From: an uncultured delta proteobacterium
GTDB taxonomy: Bacteria; Desulfobacterota; Binatia; Bin18
Reading direction: 5' to 3'
NCBI GenBank assembly: GCA_963733195.1
Contig: CAVTCR010000012.1
Coordinates: 1 to 64,000, forward strand
DNA: 64,000 nt
In this document: positions 10,697-20,668 of the stretch, in pieces
How the letters are laid out: every line of letters begins with the position of its first letter
Numbering within the stretch: the stretch's first letter is position 1
The notes under the pieces: generated by a model
The model's input: only the letters and a program-made list of their open reading frames with translations
Told to the model about the DNA's origin: nothing
Database searches by the model: none
Translations under genes and position numbers: made by a program

Positions 10697-10953
10697 ATCG
10701 CCCAGAAGCACCAATAAAGGTGGAGATTTGGAACTTCAGATCTCTCCCATTCTTCAACGCTCGGATTTTCCCGCTGGAGGTAGTTTTTGGCATAAGTGAA
10801 TAACTGGGTTTACCAAAACCCGGGAGGAGTTGAAAAGAAAAGCATCGAAGAACCAACTTCGCTTACACATTGCCATCCTTCGCCCATTCTGGCACCATAG
10901 CTGGGTCCCAAGACTAAAAGCCGAGCCTCGGTGCCGGCTATTTAGGACATCAC

Positions 10954-11622
10954 ATGGCACATATTCTCGATCTACATCTACACTCAGAAGCATCAGACGA
11001 TAGTCGTGCTCCTGTCGAAGCCTACTTAAAATGGCTTGCCCGTAAGCGTGATGAACGTCCGCTTGAAGGTTTGGTCCTGACCGAGCATCGGCAGTTCAAC
11101 ACAGCCGGGGACTATCGTGATCTCGAAGACAAATACGGTATGTTGATCCTCAAAGCGTCGGAAGTCGAAACCGAGTACGGTCATGTTCTAGTCTACGGTG
11201 TAAATGACGACATTCTCAAACGTTACGATTTCAAGAACGTTCGTCTCCCAGCCCAAGAATTGATCACCGAGGTCGCGCGCATGGGCGGTATTGCCATGCC
11301 GTGTCATCCTGGACGGCCAACGATCGGCCTCATTGAGCATTACCAAAGTAAGCCGCCGCTTGAAGGTGTTACAGGTGTCGAGGCGCTCAACGGCGGTAGC
11401 AAGAAGGGCGAGAACGAACGGGTCAAAGCCCTCATTGAGACGTATGGCTATCATGCGTTTGGTGGTAGCGATTCCCACTTGGTGAGTTTCGTCGGACTCT
11501 GCGCCACTGAATTTGATCGCGATATCAACACTATAGAAGATTTAGTCGACGCACTACGAACAGGCGGCTATCGTCCAGTGGATTTTCGTCCCCAGCGTCA
11601 AACAGATCTCCCTGCCCCCTAA
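10954..11622 (+). CDS. PHP-family metal-dependent phosphoesterase
   Basis: DLHLHS...DS, LTEH, GH, CHP, GGSDSH motifs. Confidence 0.88.
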   Translation: MAHILDLHLHSEASDDSRAPVEAYLKWLARKRDERPLEGLVLTEHRQFNTAGDYRDLEDKYGMLILKASEVETEYGHVLVYGVNDDILKRYDFKNVRLPAQELITEVARMGGIAMPCHPGRPTIGLIEHYQSKPPLEGVTGVEALNGGSKKGENERVKALIETYGYHAFGGSDSHLVSFVGLCATEFDRDINTIEDLVDALRTGGYRPVDFRPQRQTDLPAP

Positions 11623-11631
11623 GGATGTGTT

Positions 11632-12075
11632 ATGGCTCTCGACTTTGATAAGTCTATTATTGGACAGGTTTTTGATGAAACAGATTTTCCTCCGGTGACG
11701 AAGGAAGAAATTCTCGAATTTGCGGCTTCCCTTGGGGAGACCAACCCCCTCTATACAGACGAAGCAGCCGCGAGCAAAGGTCCTCACAAAGGGTTAGTTG
11801 CCCCTCCGACCTTCGTGACCAAGCTCCGGGCGAAGAAATTTACTCCCGAGCATTTACCTAAGTTTGGCAAAGTCGGGTTTGACGGCGGACGTGATCTCGA
11901 AGTGCTTGCGCCGGTGCGTCCCGGCGACACACTCACCATGCTCAGCACGATTCATGAGATTTACGAAAAGACTGGGCGTAGTGGCTCGATGTATTTCATT
12001 GTCATCCGCAACGAAGTGAAGAATCAAAAAGGCGAACAGGTTGCGATGATCGACCATAGGATTATGCAACGATGA
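11632..12075 (+). CDS. MaoC/hotdog dehydratase N-terminal-type subunit
   Basis: EFAASLGETNPLY, APPTF, PVRPGDTL, YEKTGRSGSM. Confidence 0.85.
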   Translation: MALDFDKSIIGQVFDETDFPPVTKEEILEFAASLGETNPLYTDEAAASKGPHKGLVAPPTFVTKLRAKKFTPEHLPKFGKVGFDGGRDLEVLAPVRPGDTLTMLSTIHEIYEKTGRSGSMYFIVIRNEVKNQKGEQVAMIDHRIMQR

Positions 12076-12491
12076 GTACTCTGTATTTTGAAGAGATCGA
12101 AGAAGGTGATGAACTCGCACCGATCGATATGCTCTTGAGCAAAGATCACGTGCGGCGCTACGCCAAAACTGCGAATATGTATGTCCCGCGTTTCACCGAC
12201 GATGAAGGGGCGAAAGCAGAGGGGCTTCCAGGAATGATCGCGCCCGGCGTCATGAGCATGGGATTGCTGGCGCGCATGATCAGTGATTGGAATCACGCAG
12301 CAGAAATTAAGCGCATCGGCACAACGTTTCGCAGCCCGGTGTTACCTGACCGCAACATTCACTTGCGCGGTGCTGTAACGCAAAAGAATGAAACTGATCA
12401 CACGGTTGAGTGTGACCTGTGGATGGAAAACGACGACGGCGAGCGCTGGGTCATTGGCACCGCTACTGTGACAGTACCAACGAAAGCGTAG
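12072..12491 (+). CDS. MaoC-family dehydratase
   Basis: FEEIEEGDEL, DDEGAKAEGLPGMIAPG, FRSPVLP; ATGA overlap with the upstream gene. Confidence 0.8.
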   Translation: MSTLYFEEIEEGDELAPIDMLLSKDHVRRYAKTANMYVPRFTDDEGAKAEGLPGMIAPGVMSMGLLARMISDWNHAAEIKRIGTTFRSPVLPDRNIHLRGAVTQKNETDHTVECDLWMENDDGERWVIGTATVTVPTKA

Positions 12492-12667
12492 TTCAGAGAT
12501 CAACGCAACTAGAGAGACGCCCCCCATACAGTCGCCTTTGGATGTATTTCCTCACGCTTTTCTTCTACTTCATCTGAATGAAGATCAGAGAAACAATTGT
12601 TGTGAAGTGAGGGGGCAGGTTGGCAGTCTGCGGTGAATCCACAACCTGCATAAGAGGGGGTGTCTAT

Positions 12668-14071
12668 ATGCAATGGCAATCGAGGTATCGCGCATGGGGG
12701 GTCCAACTCGCCCTCACTGTTTTCGTGCTGCTACTCCTCTCGGGAGTTGTCAGCGTCGCAGCCGAAAATGAAGAATCTGGAGCTACGTTGAAATTAACTC
12801 TGGTCGAGTGCATAAAACGAGCAGTGGAGAATCATCCGTCAGTGCAGGAAGTGAAATGGGAGGTCGCTCTGCGCGAAAGCGATCTGCAGCAAGCGAAGGC
12901 GGGAGCTTACCCCACCGGCGAGTTCACCAGCATATTTGGCGCAGTCAACGATGCAAAAGGTAGCTTAGCGGGCAATCGACCAATCCGGACCGGTGGCATT
13001 GATGAGCTCGGTCCATTCATCCGCCTGGAAGGGCAATTCGTCTACCCTTTATTTACCTGGGGGAAAATTACCAATGGCATCACTGCCGCAACTAAAGGCG
13101 TCGAACAAGAAATTGCCAACGTTGCACAAAAGAAGGATGAAGCAGCTCGTGAGGTCAAAGAGTTTTACTACACCTTACAGTACACCCAACAAGTCAAATC
13201 CCTTTTGGGTGACGTCCGTGACGGGTTCCAGAAAGCAGTGACCACAACAGACGGGCTAATGAAAGAAAGTAAAGGAAAAATCTCTCAGCTTGATGTTCTT
13301 AACCTCAAGATTGGCTACGCTGGCGTTGCTAAGGAAGTGGGAAAACTGGACAACGGTATTGAACTGACCAAAGCGGCGTTGTTGCGGGTGATAGGGGAGC
13401 CACAAACAACCAATTTCATTCCGGCAGAACCGGGACTCACCCCACAATCTGCTCAACTTAAGGAGTTTGATTATTACGTGCAACGGTTATTCGCCAATCG
13501 GCCAGAGTGGCGTCGTTTACTTCTTGGTATCCAAGCGAAAGAGGCGGAACTGGCGTTGACCAGAAGCGATTACTTTCCTGCCTTCTTCCTGGCTGTCCCG
13601 ATTCGCTATGGCTATGCCCCTGGACGTTCACGGCAGACCAACCCATTTGCCTATGATGACTTCAACTTTGGTGCAGCTGGACCAGTCTTAGGGTTACGGT
13701 GGAATTTTGATATTAACGGCACTGCGGCCAAGGTCGCGCGTAGCGAAGCTGAGCTGATGAAGCTACAAACCCAGAAGAAAACCGCAGAGAACAGTTTTCC
13801 AGTCGAGGTCAAAGAAGCCTATCTCAACGTCCAAGAGGCTAAGGAACGGATAAAAATTACCGACGAAGGACGCAAAGCAGGTCGGGCACTCGTCGCCCTC
13901 TCTACCGCCAATTTTGAATTGGGCATTGGTGAACCACAAGATATTTTTCTTGGCCTGGGTAATTACACTCGTGCTGCTAATGATTATTATGAAGCAGTCA
14001 GGGACTACAATATCGCCTTAGCAAAGCTGAGCTTGGTAGTTGGCGAAGAGGTCTCAGACCTGCAGTACTAG
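12668..14071 (+). CDS. TolC-family outer-membrane channel
   Basis: Signal peptide, LTLVECIKRAVENHP, YPLFTWGK, NRPE, YFP, YNIALAKL; two OEP repeats. Confidence 0.85.
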   Translation: MQWQSRYRAWGVQLALTVFVLLLLSGVVSVAAENEESGATLKLTLVECIKRAVENHPSVQEVKWEVALRESDLQQAKAGAYPTGEFTSIFGAVNDAKGSLAGNRPIRTGGIDELGPFIRLEGQFVYPLFTWGKITNGITAATKGVEQEIANVAQKKDEAAREVKEFYYTLQYTQQVKSLLGDVRDGFQKAVTTTDGLMKESKGKISQLDVLNLKIGYAGVAKEVGKLDNGIELTKAALLRVIGEPQTTNFIPAEPGLTPQSAQLKEFDYYVQRLFANRPEWRRLLLGIQAKEAELALTRSDYFPAFFLAVPIRYGYAPGRSRQTNPFAYDDFNFGAAGPVLGLRWNFDINGTAAKVARSEAELMKLQTQKKTAENSFPVEVKEAYLNVQEAKERIKITDEGRKAGRALVALSTANFELGIGEPQDIFLGLGNYTRAANDYYEAVRDYNIALAKLSLVVGEEVSDLQY

Positions 14072-14233
14072 CGATTCCTAAAGGTAGATCAGGGTTAAGG
14101 GCAGTTCACATGTTCATCGTGAGAGGGCAACGCCGCGCCGTAAAATCTGCGGCAGCAAAACTACTCACCTACCCTCGTGTTTAGCTCCGAGAAGGTAACA
14201 TGGGCAATCTGCCTTCGAGTAGAGGAGAAAACT

Positions 14234-14830
14234 ATGAAAAAATGGATTCTCGCACTCACGCTTACGCTATTGACGTTCAGTCTTCCCCTTTTCAGTTGGG
14301 CTGATGGACCGACCTCTACGGTCCAGAAACTGATTGACTCGGTCCGGTCGTTTAAACCCGAGACCTCTTCATCTTCTACGCAAGATCGAGCCGAGAATGG
14401 TAAAGCCCTGAAAGTGGCCGAGGAAACCTTAGCGATTCAGGATCTCTCTAAGCGAATGCTTGGTGATCAGTGGGGAAAGCTGAATGCCAACGAACAAAAG
14501 AATTTCGCACAATTGTTGGTCCAGTTGTTCCAGAAAATCGCCTATCCTAAATCGGCTGAATTCTTTGGCGAACTCCAAATTGACTACACCGGAGAAAAAA
14601 TGAATGGTAGTGGCGCCGTCGTGGAAACCAAGGTCAGCCACCCCAAGGAAGGTCAAGTCGGCATCGATTACCAACTTCACCAGGTGAATGGCAAGTGGAT
14701 GATCGACGACGTCTTGCTTGACGGTGTCAGTTTAGTCACCAACGTCCAGAGTCAGATGCAACAAGTGATTGCCAAAGAGTCATATCAAGGATTGATCAAA
14801 CGCATGCGGGAGAAGCTTGCTGAAAGCTAG
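14234..14830 (+). CDS. HpnM/MlaC (Ttg2D)-family periplasmic lipid shuttle
   Basis: Signal peptide; LGDQW, IDYQL, WMIDDVLLDGVSLV...QM, GLIKRMREK. Confidence 0.85.
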   Translation: MKKWILALTLTLLTFSLPLFSWADGPTSTVQKLIDSVRSFKPETSSSSTQDRAENGKALKVAEETLAIQDLSKRMLGDQWGKLNANEQKNFAQLLVQLFQKIAYPKSAEFFGELQIDYTGEKMNGSGAVVETKVSHPKEGQVGIDYQLHQVNGKWMIDDVLLDGVSLVTNVQSQMQQVIAKESYQGLIKRMREKLAES

Positions 14831-14859
14831 TTTTTTGAGCGCAACAAATAGAGACATGC

Positions 14860-17721
14860 ATGGATTCCAAAGGGATTAAACAGACATTCATTACCAACGA
14901 ACAGCGACTCCTTCAGTTTCTTGCCCATCTCACCACTTCCTCCCCATGGACCATCCTGCTGTGCAGCCTTGTGCTTGCTACGGTAGCGGTGTTCTACACT
15001 GTTCACCACCTTGAATTCATCACCGGCCACAACGACTTGATCGCCTCAAACAAGCGCTATGTGCAGCTTGATGAGGAATATGCTCAGGAGTTCATGGGAA
15101 TCGACCAAGTCGTCGTAGTGGTCGAGCCGCGTGATGTTCAACAAGGCAAAGATTTCGTCACCAAGCTGGGCGAGATTCTGGAGCGTGACACAAAGCACGT
15201 CGCCGAAGTATTTTACCGTATTGATACTTCAACGTTAGAAGGCAAGAAGCTGTTGTATTTGTCCCCTGATGATCTTCGTGCGCTACGGGAGAATCTGGAA
15301 GAGTACCATACCCTTATTCATGATCTGACCACTGCTCCGGGTATCAACCCGCTGTTCCGCGCAATTAATCAACAAGTCAGCTCTGGCATGGTTTCGCACT
15401 TGGTAGTGAATCTCTTTGGTCTCGATTCTCCGGAAACCGAGGAGAGTAAGAGCAAGGAAGAGAAAAACCCTGTCCAAATTGGCTTTCTCAAAGAACTGTT
15501 GCAGGAACTTGATCGAACCCTCACAGACACTACCCATGGGTATCGTTCACCATGGGCCGAATTCTTTGGTGGAACGGAAGAGTGGTCAGACAACGGCTAT
15601 CTGGTCTCCGAGAACCGCAGGTTTGTCTTCTTGATGGTCGAGCCCAAGGATACAGAGGACGATGGGTTTAGCGAACGTCAAGCTTCGATTGCCGCGATTC
15701 GACGAGCCGTTGCCTCGCTTCGTCCGCAGTTTCTTGGCCTCACTGCCGGGGTCACGGGAACCAAAGCCCTCGACAGTGATGAGATGGTCAGTGTGCAAGC
15801 CGATGGTGGTGTTGCAACCGTGACCTGCTTTGTCGGTATTACACTTCTGTATTTCCTCTTTTTCCGTAAGATGCGTCACCCGCTGCTCATTGCATTGACG
15901 CTCGCTATCGGGTTGACGTGGACGATGGGTTTTATCTCGCTCGCAGTTGGTCACCTGACGGTGATCACCATGTTCGTTGGTCCTATGTTGCTTGGTTTAG
16001 CCGACGATTTTGGCGTGCATTTCATGACTCGCTATGAGGAGGAACGCACGCGTGGGCAAAGTCCGCAAGCGGCATTGACAGAAGTTTTTGCACATACAGT
16101 TCCAGGCATTACGGCTGGTGCAGTCACAACGGCGCTTGCATTTTTTGCAGTCATGCTCGCCGACTTCCGTGGCATCCAAGAACTAGGCTTGATCACCAGC
16201 GGAGGTCTGCTCCTCTATCTTGTTGCCACTGTCACTGTCTTGCCTGCGCTGGTTATTCTGGTTGAATCGTATCGTCCGTGGCATGGGGCTGAAGGACGAC
16301 ATACCTTCCTGGGCGGAGCATTTGCGAGACTGGGGTCGGTGTTCGCACAGCGCCATCCAGCACTTGTGTTACTCCTCGCAACAATCACAGTCTGTTCTCT
16401 TGCTGCGCTCCCAACTCTTTCGTTCGATTACAATTTACTGAATCTACAAGCGCGTGGCACCGAATCCGTCAAATGGGAAAAGCGAATTATTGAGAATTCA
16501 GAGCGGTCATCGTGGAACGCGTTAACTACGGCCTCAACTCCCGCGGAAGCGATGCGCAAGGCAGCAGCGTTTCGGCAGCTTTCTTCTGTCGAATCAGTGG
16601 AAAGTGTCGCATCGCTAATTCCCGAGCAACAAGAAGAACGACTCGCTCTGGTGCATGCACTCTCGCCAGCGTTCAGTAATTTGCCACCAGCGCTACCACC
16701 CACTGCACCAGTGGATGTTCGAGACTTGCAAGGAACGCTAGAAAAACTCAAACTCAAAATCCGCACTGACAACACCGAATGGGATCCACAAAGGAAGCCT
16801 GCCGAGCAAGAACTCGCTGAAACCCGACTTGCACTACTCTCCATAATCGAACGTCTGCAAACAATGCCGGAAGGCGAAGCGCAAGCCGCCTTGGTGCGCT
16901 TCCAACAGGCATTACTCCACGATTTCCAAGATAAGTGGAGTCTGTTGCGTAACAATCTCAATCCCTCTGGGCCAATATCCTTTGCTGACGTTCCGCCACA
17001 ATTGAAGAGCCGTTTCGTCAGTCGCGATGAAACAAAATTTCTCTTGCAAATCTATCCAAAGCACAACATTCGTGAACGGGAACAATTAGAAGAATTTATC
17101 TCGCAACTACGCCAGGTCGATCCAGATGTCACTGGGTCACCAGTGATCGGGTATGAAGCCATCGGTGCTATAAAGCAAGGCTATGTTGAAGGCGCAGTGT
17201 ATGCTTTTCTCGCGATCCTGATAGTGACCTTTTTTACCTTACGCCGGACCAGCGACACTTTGCTCGCAGTGCTCCCGCTGGTTCTCGGAGTCATTTGGAC
17301 CGCTGGGCTGATGTGGGTGTTCAATTTACAATTCAACTTGGCGAACCTGGTTGCCGTTCCGTTGATTATTGGCATCGGTGTAGAAAACGGCATTCATATC
17401 GTGCATCGCTTCCGCGAAGCTGGAGAAAGCGGACCAGAGTTGGTCGCAGGTAGTACCGGACAAGCAGTGGCCTTGTTCTCGCTGACGACTATGGTAGGGT
17501 TCGGCAGCCTCATGGTGGCTCGGTATTATGGCATCTTCAGTATGGGGCTGTTGTTAACCGTGGCGGTCGGAAGCGTACTGGTTGCCTCACTCGGAGTGCT
17601 TCCGATGCTGCTGACTCGCCCTGCGGCGCAGGACGCAGAAGTAGCACTGACAGAGTTAGTAGCAAAGAAAGAAAAACGGGTCCAAGAACAAGTCCGACGC
17701 CGTTCGGCGCGACGGCATTAA
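14860..17721 (+). CDS. hpnN: HpnN-like MMPL/RND hopanoid transporter
   Basis: 953 aa with two TM bundles; GLADDFGVHFMTRYEEE, FDYNLLNLQ, VTGSPV, GIGVENGIHIVHR; next to an HpnM-like gene. Confidence 0.8.
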   Translation: MDSKGIKQTFITNEQRLLQFLAHLTTSSPWTILLCSLVLATVAVFYTVHHLEFITGHNDLIASNKRYVQLDEEYAQEFMGIDQVVVVVEPRDVQQGKDFVTKLGEILERDTKHVAEVFYRIDTSTLEGKKLLYLSPDDLRALRENLEEYHTLIHDLTTAPGINPLFRAINQQVSSGMVSHLVVNLFGLDSPETEESKSKEEKNPVQIGFLKELLQELDRTLTDTTHGYRSPWAEFFGGTEEWSDNGYLVSENRRFVFLMVEPKDTEDDGFSERQASIAAIRRAVASLRPQFLGLTAGVTGTKALDSDEMVSVQADGGVATVTCFVGITLLYFLFFRKMRHPLLIALTLAIGLTWTMGFISLAVGHLTVITMFVGPMLLGLADDFGVHFMTRYEEERTRGQSPQAALTEVFAHTVPGITAGAVTTALAFFAVMLADFRGIQELGLITSGGLLLYLVATVTVLPALVILVESYRPWHGAEGRHTFLGGAFARLGSVFAQRHPALVLLLATITVCSLAALPTLSFDYNLLNLQARGTESVKWEKRIIENSERSSWNALTTASTPAEAMRKAAAFRQLSSVESVESVASLIPEQQEERLALVHALSPAFSNLPPALPPTAPVDVRDLQGTLEKLKLKIRTDNTEWDPQRKPAEQELAETRLALLSIIERLQTMPEGEAQAALVRFQQALLHDFQDKWSLLRNNLNPSGPISFADVPPQLKSRFVSRDETKFLLQIYPKHNIREREQLEEFISQLRQVDPDVTGSPVIGYEAIGAIKQGYVEGAVYAFLAILIVTFFTLRRTSDTLLAVLPLVLGVIWTAGLMWVFNLQFNLANLVAVPLIIGIGVENGIHIVHRFREAGESGPELVAGSTGQAVALFSLTTMVGFGSLMVARYYGIFSMGLLLTVAVGSVLVASLGVLPMLLTRPAAQDAEVALTELVAKKEKRVQEQVRRRSARRH

Positions 17722-17786
17722 GAAACAAGCTGAAGAGTTGCAGGGCTGACCCACTGCAGACTTCAAGTGCTCTCGGCTTAATTCTT

Positions 17787-17840
17787 CTGACAACTGATAA
17801 CTGACAATCTGAACACTATTCTTCATTCTTAATTTTTACT
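17787..17840. repeat. Heptamer tandem repeats (CTGAYAA x3; ATTCTTM-like)
   Basis: CTGACAA CTGATAA CTGACAA, then ATTCTTC ATTCTTA ATTTTT directly before the ATG at 17844. Confidence 0.65.
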
Positions 17841-17843
17841 ATT

Positions 17844-18329
17844 ATGGTGACCGGTCCAGATTTTCTTCGATTGCTTCTTGATGCAGGGTTTGACTTCTTT
17901 ACCGGAGTTCCGTGCTCGTTAGCAAAAAGCTTGATCGCCACCTTGGAAGAGCGCGGTGGTTACATCCCTGAGACGCGGGAAGATGCAGCGGTCGGCCTTG
18001 CGGCTGGTGCCTATATGGCTGGGAAACAGCCAACGGTCATTATGCAAAACTCCGGCTTAGGAGTGTGTGTCAATGCGCTGGCCTCGTTGAGCCTCATGTA
18101 TAATTTCCCTTGCTTGCTGCTCATCACCTGGCGTGGGTATCAAGGGAAAGATGCGCCGGAACACTTAATTATGGGAGACATCTCTCCAACGTTACTTTCT
18201 ACTTTGAAGATTCCCCACCAAATGCTTAATGCCGACACCCTCAGAGAATCGATTGACTGGGCGGCAGAAACACTCAAGCACACAAGCAAACCCGTTGCCC
18301 TACTGCTTCCTCCTGGAGTCATGCAGTGA
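17844..18329 (+). CDS. Phosphonopyruvate/sulfopyruvate decarboxylase alpha subunit (ThDP Pyr domain)
   Basis: FFTGVPCS, REDAAVGLAAG, MQNSGLG, WRGYQGKDAPEH. Confidence 0.85.
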   Translation: MVTGPDFLRLLLDAGFDFFTGVPCSLAKSLIATLEERGGYIPETREDAAVGLAAGAYMAGKQPTVIMQNSGLGVCVNALASLSLMYNFPCLLLITWRGYQGKDAPEHLIMGDISPTLLSTLKIPHQMLNADTLRESIDWAAETLKHTSKPVALLLPPGVMQ

Positions 18330-18889
18330 AACTCGCTGAAGCCCTTGCTGTTGTGATCCCGTTACTGCGCGATGAAGTGGTTGTCCATGCCAACGGATTT
18401 ATCTCGCGCGAATCGTTCAACATCAGTGATCGATTAGGAAATTTTTACATGATCGGTTCAATGGGGTTGGCTTCGTCGATCGCGTTGGGAGTAGCGCTCA
18501 ATCGCCCTGACCGTCGCATTGTGGTCTTCGATGGTGACGGCAACGTCCTTATGAATATGGGCTCACTGGCGATGATCGCCGCAACACAACCGAAAAATCT
18601 TGTTCACTTTGTGTTTGACAATGAAGTCTACGGGTCAACGGGAAATCAGCGTACGGTGTCTGGTCAAGTGCCATTAGAAGAGATCGCCCGCGCCAGCGGC
18701 TACCAACGCGCGCAACGTGTAGACAATGAAGCGACACTCCGCACTGCGGCGCAGGAGTTTCTCGCCCAGCCCGGTCCGTCGTTCCTGCTCATTAAGATTG
18801 AACCCGACTACGAAGAGCACAAGATTGGTCGCATCACACATGAACCACCGCAAATAGCCGCGCGGTTTATGAAAGCACTTGGAAAATAG
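18326..18889 (+). CDS. Phosphonopyruvate/sulfopyruvate decarboxylase beta subunit (ThDP PP domain)
   Basis: NGFISRE, FYMIGSMGLASSIALG, DGDG...N ThDP motif, DNEVYGSTGNQ. Confidence 0.85.
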   Translation: MKLAEALAVVIPLLRDEVVVHANGFISRESFNISDRLGNFYMIGSMGLASSIALGVALNRPDRRIVVFDGDGNVLMNMGSLAMIAATQPKNLVHFVFDNEVYGSTGNQRTVSGQVPLEEIARASGYQRAQRVDNEATLRTAAQEFLAQPGPSFLLIKIEPDYEEHKIGRITHEPPQIAARFMKALGK

Positions 18890-19063
18890 TTGTCAGTTGT
18901 CAGCAGGGCAAGGCCAATTAAAAATTAAGAGTTAAGAGTGAAGAAAATGAAAACCAGAGAGAAAGTCATTCGTTTCACCTTCCCTTTTTAATTCTTAATT
19001 ATTCATTTTTAATTCTTCATTGATTCCCCCTACTGACTACTGAGAACTGATCACTGATAACTA
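18887..19063. repeat. Nested inverted heptamer tandem-repeat cassette
   Basis: Outer arms TAGTTGTCAGTTGTCAG ... CTGACTA CTGAGAA CTGATCA CTGATAA; inner arms AATTAAA AATTAAG AGTTAAG AGTGAAG ... TTTTAAT TCTTAAT TATTCAT TTTTAAT TCTTCAT. Confidence 0.8.
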
Positions 19064-19066
19064 CTT

Positions 19067-20143
19067 ATGCGCCAGTATATTTTACTTAACCCCGGCCCAG
19101 TAAACGTCTCACCACGTGTGCAACAGGCATTGCTGCGTGGTGATCTATGCCATCGCGAAGAAGAATTTTCTGACCTCCTCGTCGCGATTCGCACGAAGTT
19201 GCTCCAGGCGTTTGCTCCTTCAGGATACACCGCGGTACCAGTCACCGGTTCTGGCACGCTCGCAGTTGAAGCAATGGTATCATCCGCATTTCCCGACGGA
19301 AAGAAACTCTTGGTGATCAACAATGGTGTCTATGGCGAACGCATGCTGCGCATGGCCGAAGCGCATCGGATTCCGACGGTCGAGGTACGTTACGAGTGGA
19401 CGCAACGGCCAGATCTCGGACAGATTGAGTCAACCCTGCGAGACGATCCTGCCATCCATGCGGTTGCCTTGGTGCATCACGAAACCACCACCGGGCTGTT
19501 GAATCTCGTCACCGAAGTTGGTGCAATCACTCGCCGTGCAGGGCGATGGCTATTGCTTGATGCAGTGAGTTCGCTCGCAGCTGAAGACCTCGATCTCGTT
19601 CGTGATGGTGTCGATCTCTGCGCCTGCACTGCCAACAAATGCATTCAAGGAATTCCTGGAGTTTCGTTTGTTCTGGTGCGTAACGAAGCGATGGCAGCGA
19701 TGCAACAGTATCCACGTCGCTCGTTGTACCTCCACTTGCCATTGCATTGGGAGGCACAAGAAAAGCGAAGCATTCCATTCACTCCGTCAGTGCAGACTTG
19801 GTACGCACTTGATGAAGCTCTCGACGAGTTGCTAGAAGAAACCGTTGCTAAGCGAGTACAACGCCACCATGCAGCTGCACAACTGTTGCGCGAAGGTTTT
19901 GCCCGACTTGGACTCAAAGCCCTTTTACCTGCTGCCCATCAGTCGAACACACTCACGTCCTTATTCCTTCCGGAAGGCATGACTTATCAGCACATTCACG
20001 ACGGCCTCAAGGACCGCGGCTTTGTCATCTACGAAGGGCAAGGCAAACTTCAGACTGGGATTTTCCGCGTCGCCAACATGGGGCATCTGACACTTGATGA
20101 TTTTCGTCGGTTTCTGGGAGCATTAGAAGAAGTGCTCGGGTAG
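19067..20143 (+). CDS. 2-aminoethylphosphonate aminotransferase (PhnW/AepZ-like, class V PLP)
   Basis: LLNPGPVN, DLCHREEEF, NGVYGERM, HHETTTG, DAVSS, ANKCIQGIPG, PFTP, FVIYEGQG. Confidence 0.85.
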   Translation: MRQYILLNPGPVNVSPRVQQALLRGDLCHREEEFSDLLVAIRTKLLQAFAPSGYTAVPVTGSGTLAVEAMVSSAFPDGKKLLVINNGVYGERMLRMAEAHRIPTVEVRYEWTQRPDLGQIESTLRDDPAIHAVALVHHETTTGLLNLVTEVGAITRRAGRWLLLDAVSSLAAEDLDLVRDGVDLCACTANKCIQGIPGVSFVLVRNEAMAAMQQYPRRSLYLHLPLHWEAQEKRSIPFTPSVQTWYALDEALDELLEETVAKRVQRHHAAAQLLREGFARLGLKALLPAAHQSNTLTSLFLPEGMTYQHIHDGLKDRGFVIYEGQGKLQTGIFRVANMGHLTLDDFRRFLGALEEVLG

Positions 20144-20222
20144 GCGACTGGTCCTGCTCGGCTTTCCCTTCAGGATTCCGACCGTCGCGATTTGACCATC
20201 AGGAGATCTACCCTGAGGGCGA

Positions 20223-20375
20223 CGCCAAGGAAAAACACAGGAAGCTCACGAGATGTTAGTCGAGGTTTACGAGTGGTTCACCGAAGGGTTTGATACGGCG
20301 GACTTGAAAGATGCGAAGGTGTTGCTAAAGGCAATATCAAGTGAAAGAGAAATATGGATCAGTCTAGTCTGCTAA
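20223..20375 (+). pseudogene. Orphan C-terminal remnant of a STAND-ATPase/adenylate-cyclase TPR protein
   Basis: Translates to QGKTQEAHEMLVEVYEWFTEGFDTADLKDAKVLL; in-frame stop at 20214 and no credible 5' part. Confidence 0.7.
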
Positions 20376-20668
20376 AACGCGTCAAGCTTCTTCTTAAAGA
20401 TGTCTTCGGTGCCCGCCTCCAAGGAGTGATTCTCTACGGCTCCGAAGCACGAGGAGAGGCAACGGTAGACAGTGATATCGACATCTTGATCCTCCTGACC
20501 GGGCCGGTGGCGTTCGGGCGAGACTTGCGAACACTCATTCACGCCCTGTATTCCCTGGAATTAGAGCTTGAACGGGCAATCGATGCCACCCCTGTTGATA
20601 TGGATGTCTATAAGGCGGGAGAATTCGCGTTGTACCGTAATGTCCAGAGGGAAGGAATTGTTGCATGA
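20354..20668 (+). CDS. Minimal nucleotidyltransferase (MNT) antitoxin
   Basis: ILYGSEARGEATVDSDIDILI (GS...DxD). Confidence 0.88.
   Translation: MDQSSLLKRVKLLLKDVFGARLQGVILYGSEARGEATVDSDIDILILLTGPVAFGRDLRTLIHALYSLELELERAIDATPVDMDVYKAGEFALYRNVQREGIVA

Noticed and set aside
10890-10904. Possible sigma54 site upstream of the PHP gene (TGGCAC...)
   Set aside because: The -12 position reads GG instead of GC.
17844-18889. Coenzyme M biosynthesis (comDE)
   Set aside because: No comA/B/C nearby; the adjacent PhnW-like aminotransferase, the cytidylyltransferase and Ppd-like motifs favour phosphonate chemistry, though a sulfonate route is not fully excluded.
18887-19063. Possible CRISPR array among the short repeats
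   Set aside because: Units are 7-8 nt in tandem with no unique spacers, and no cas genes are in the window.
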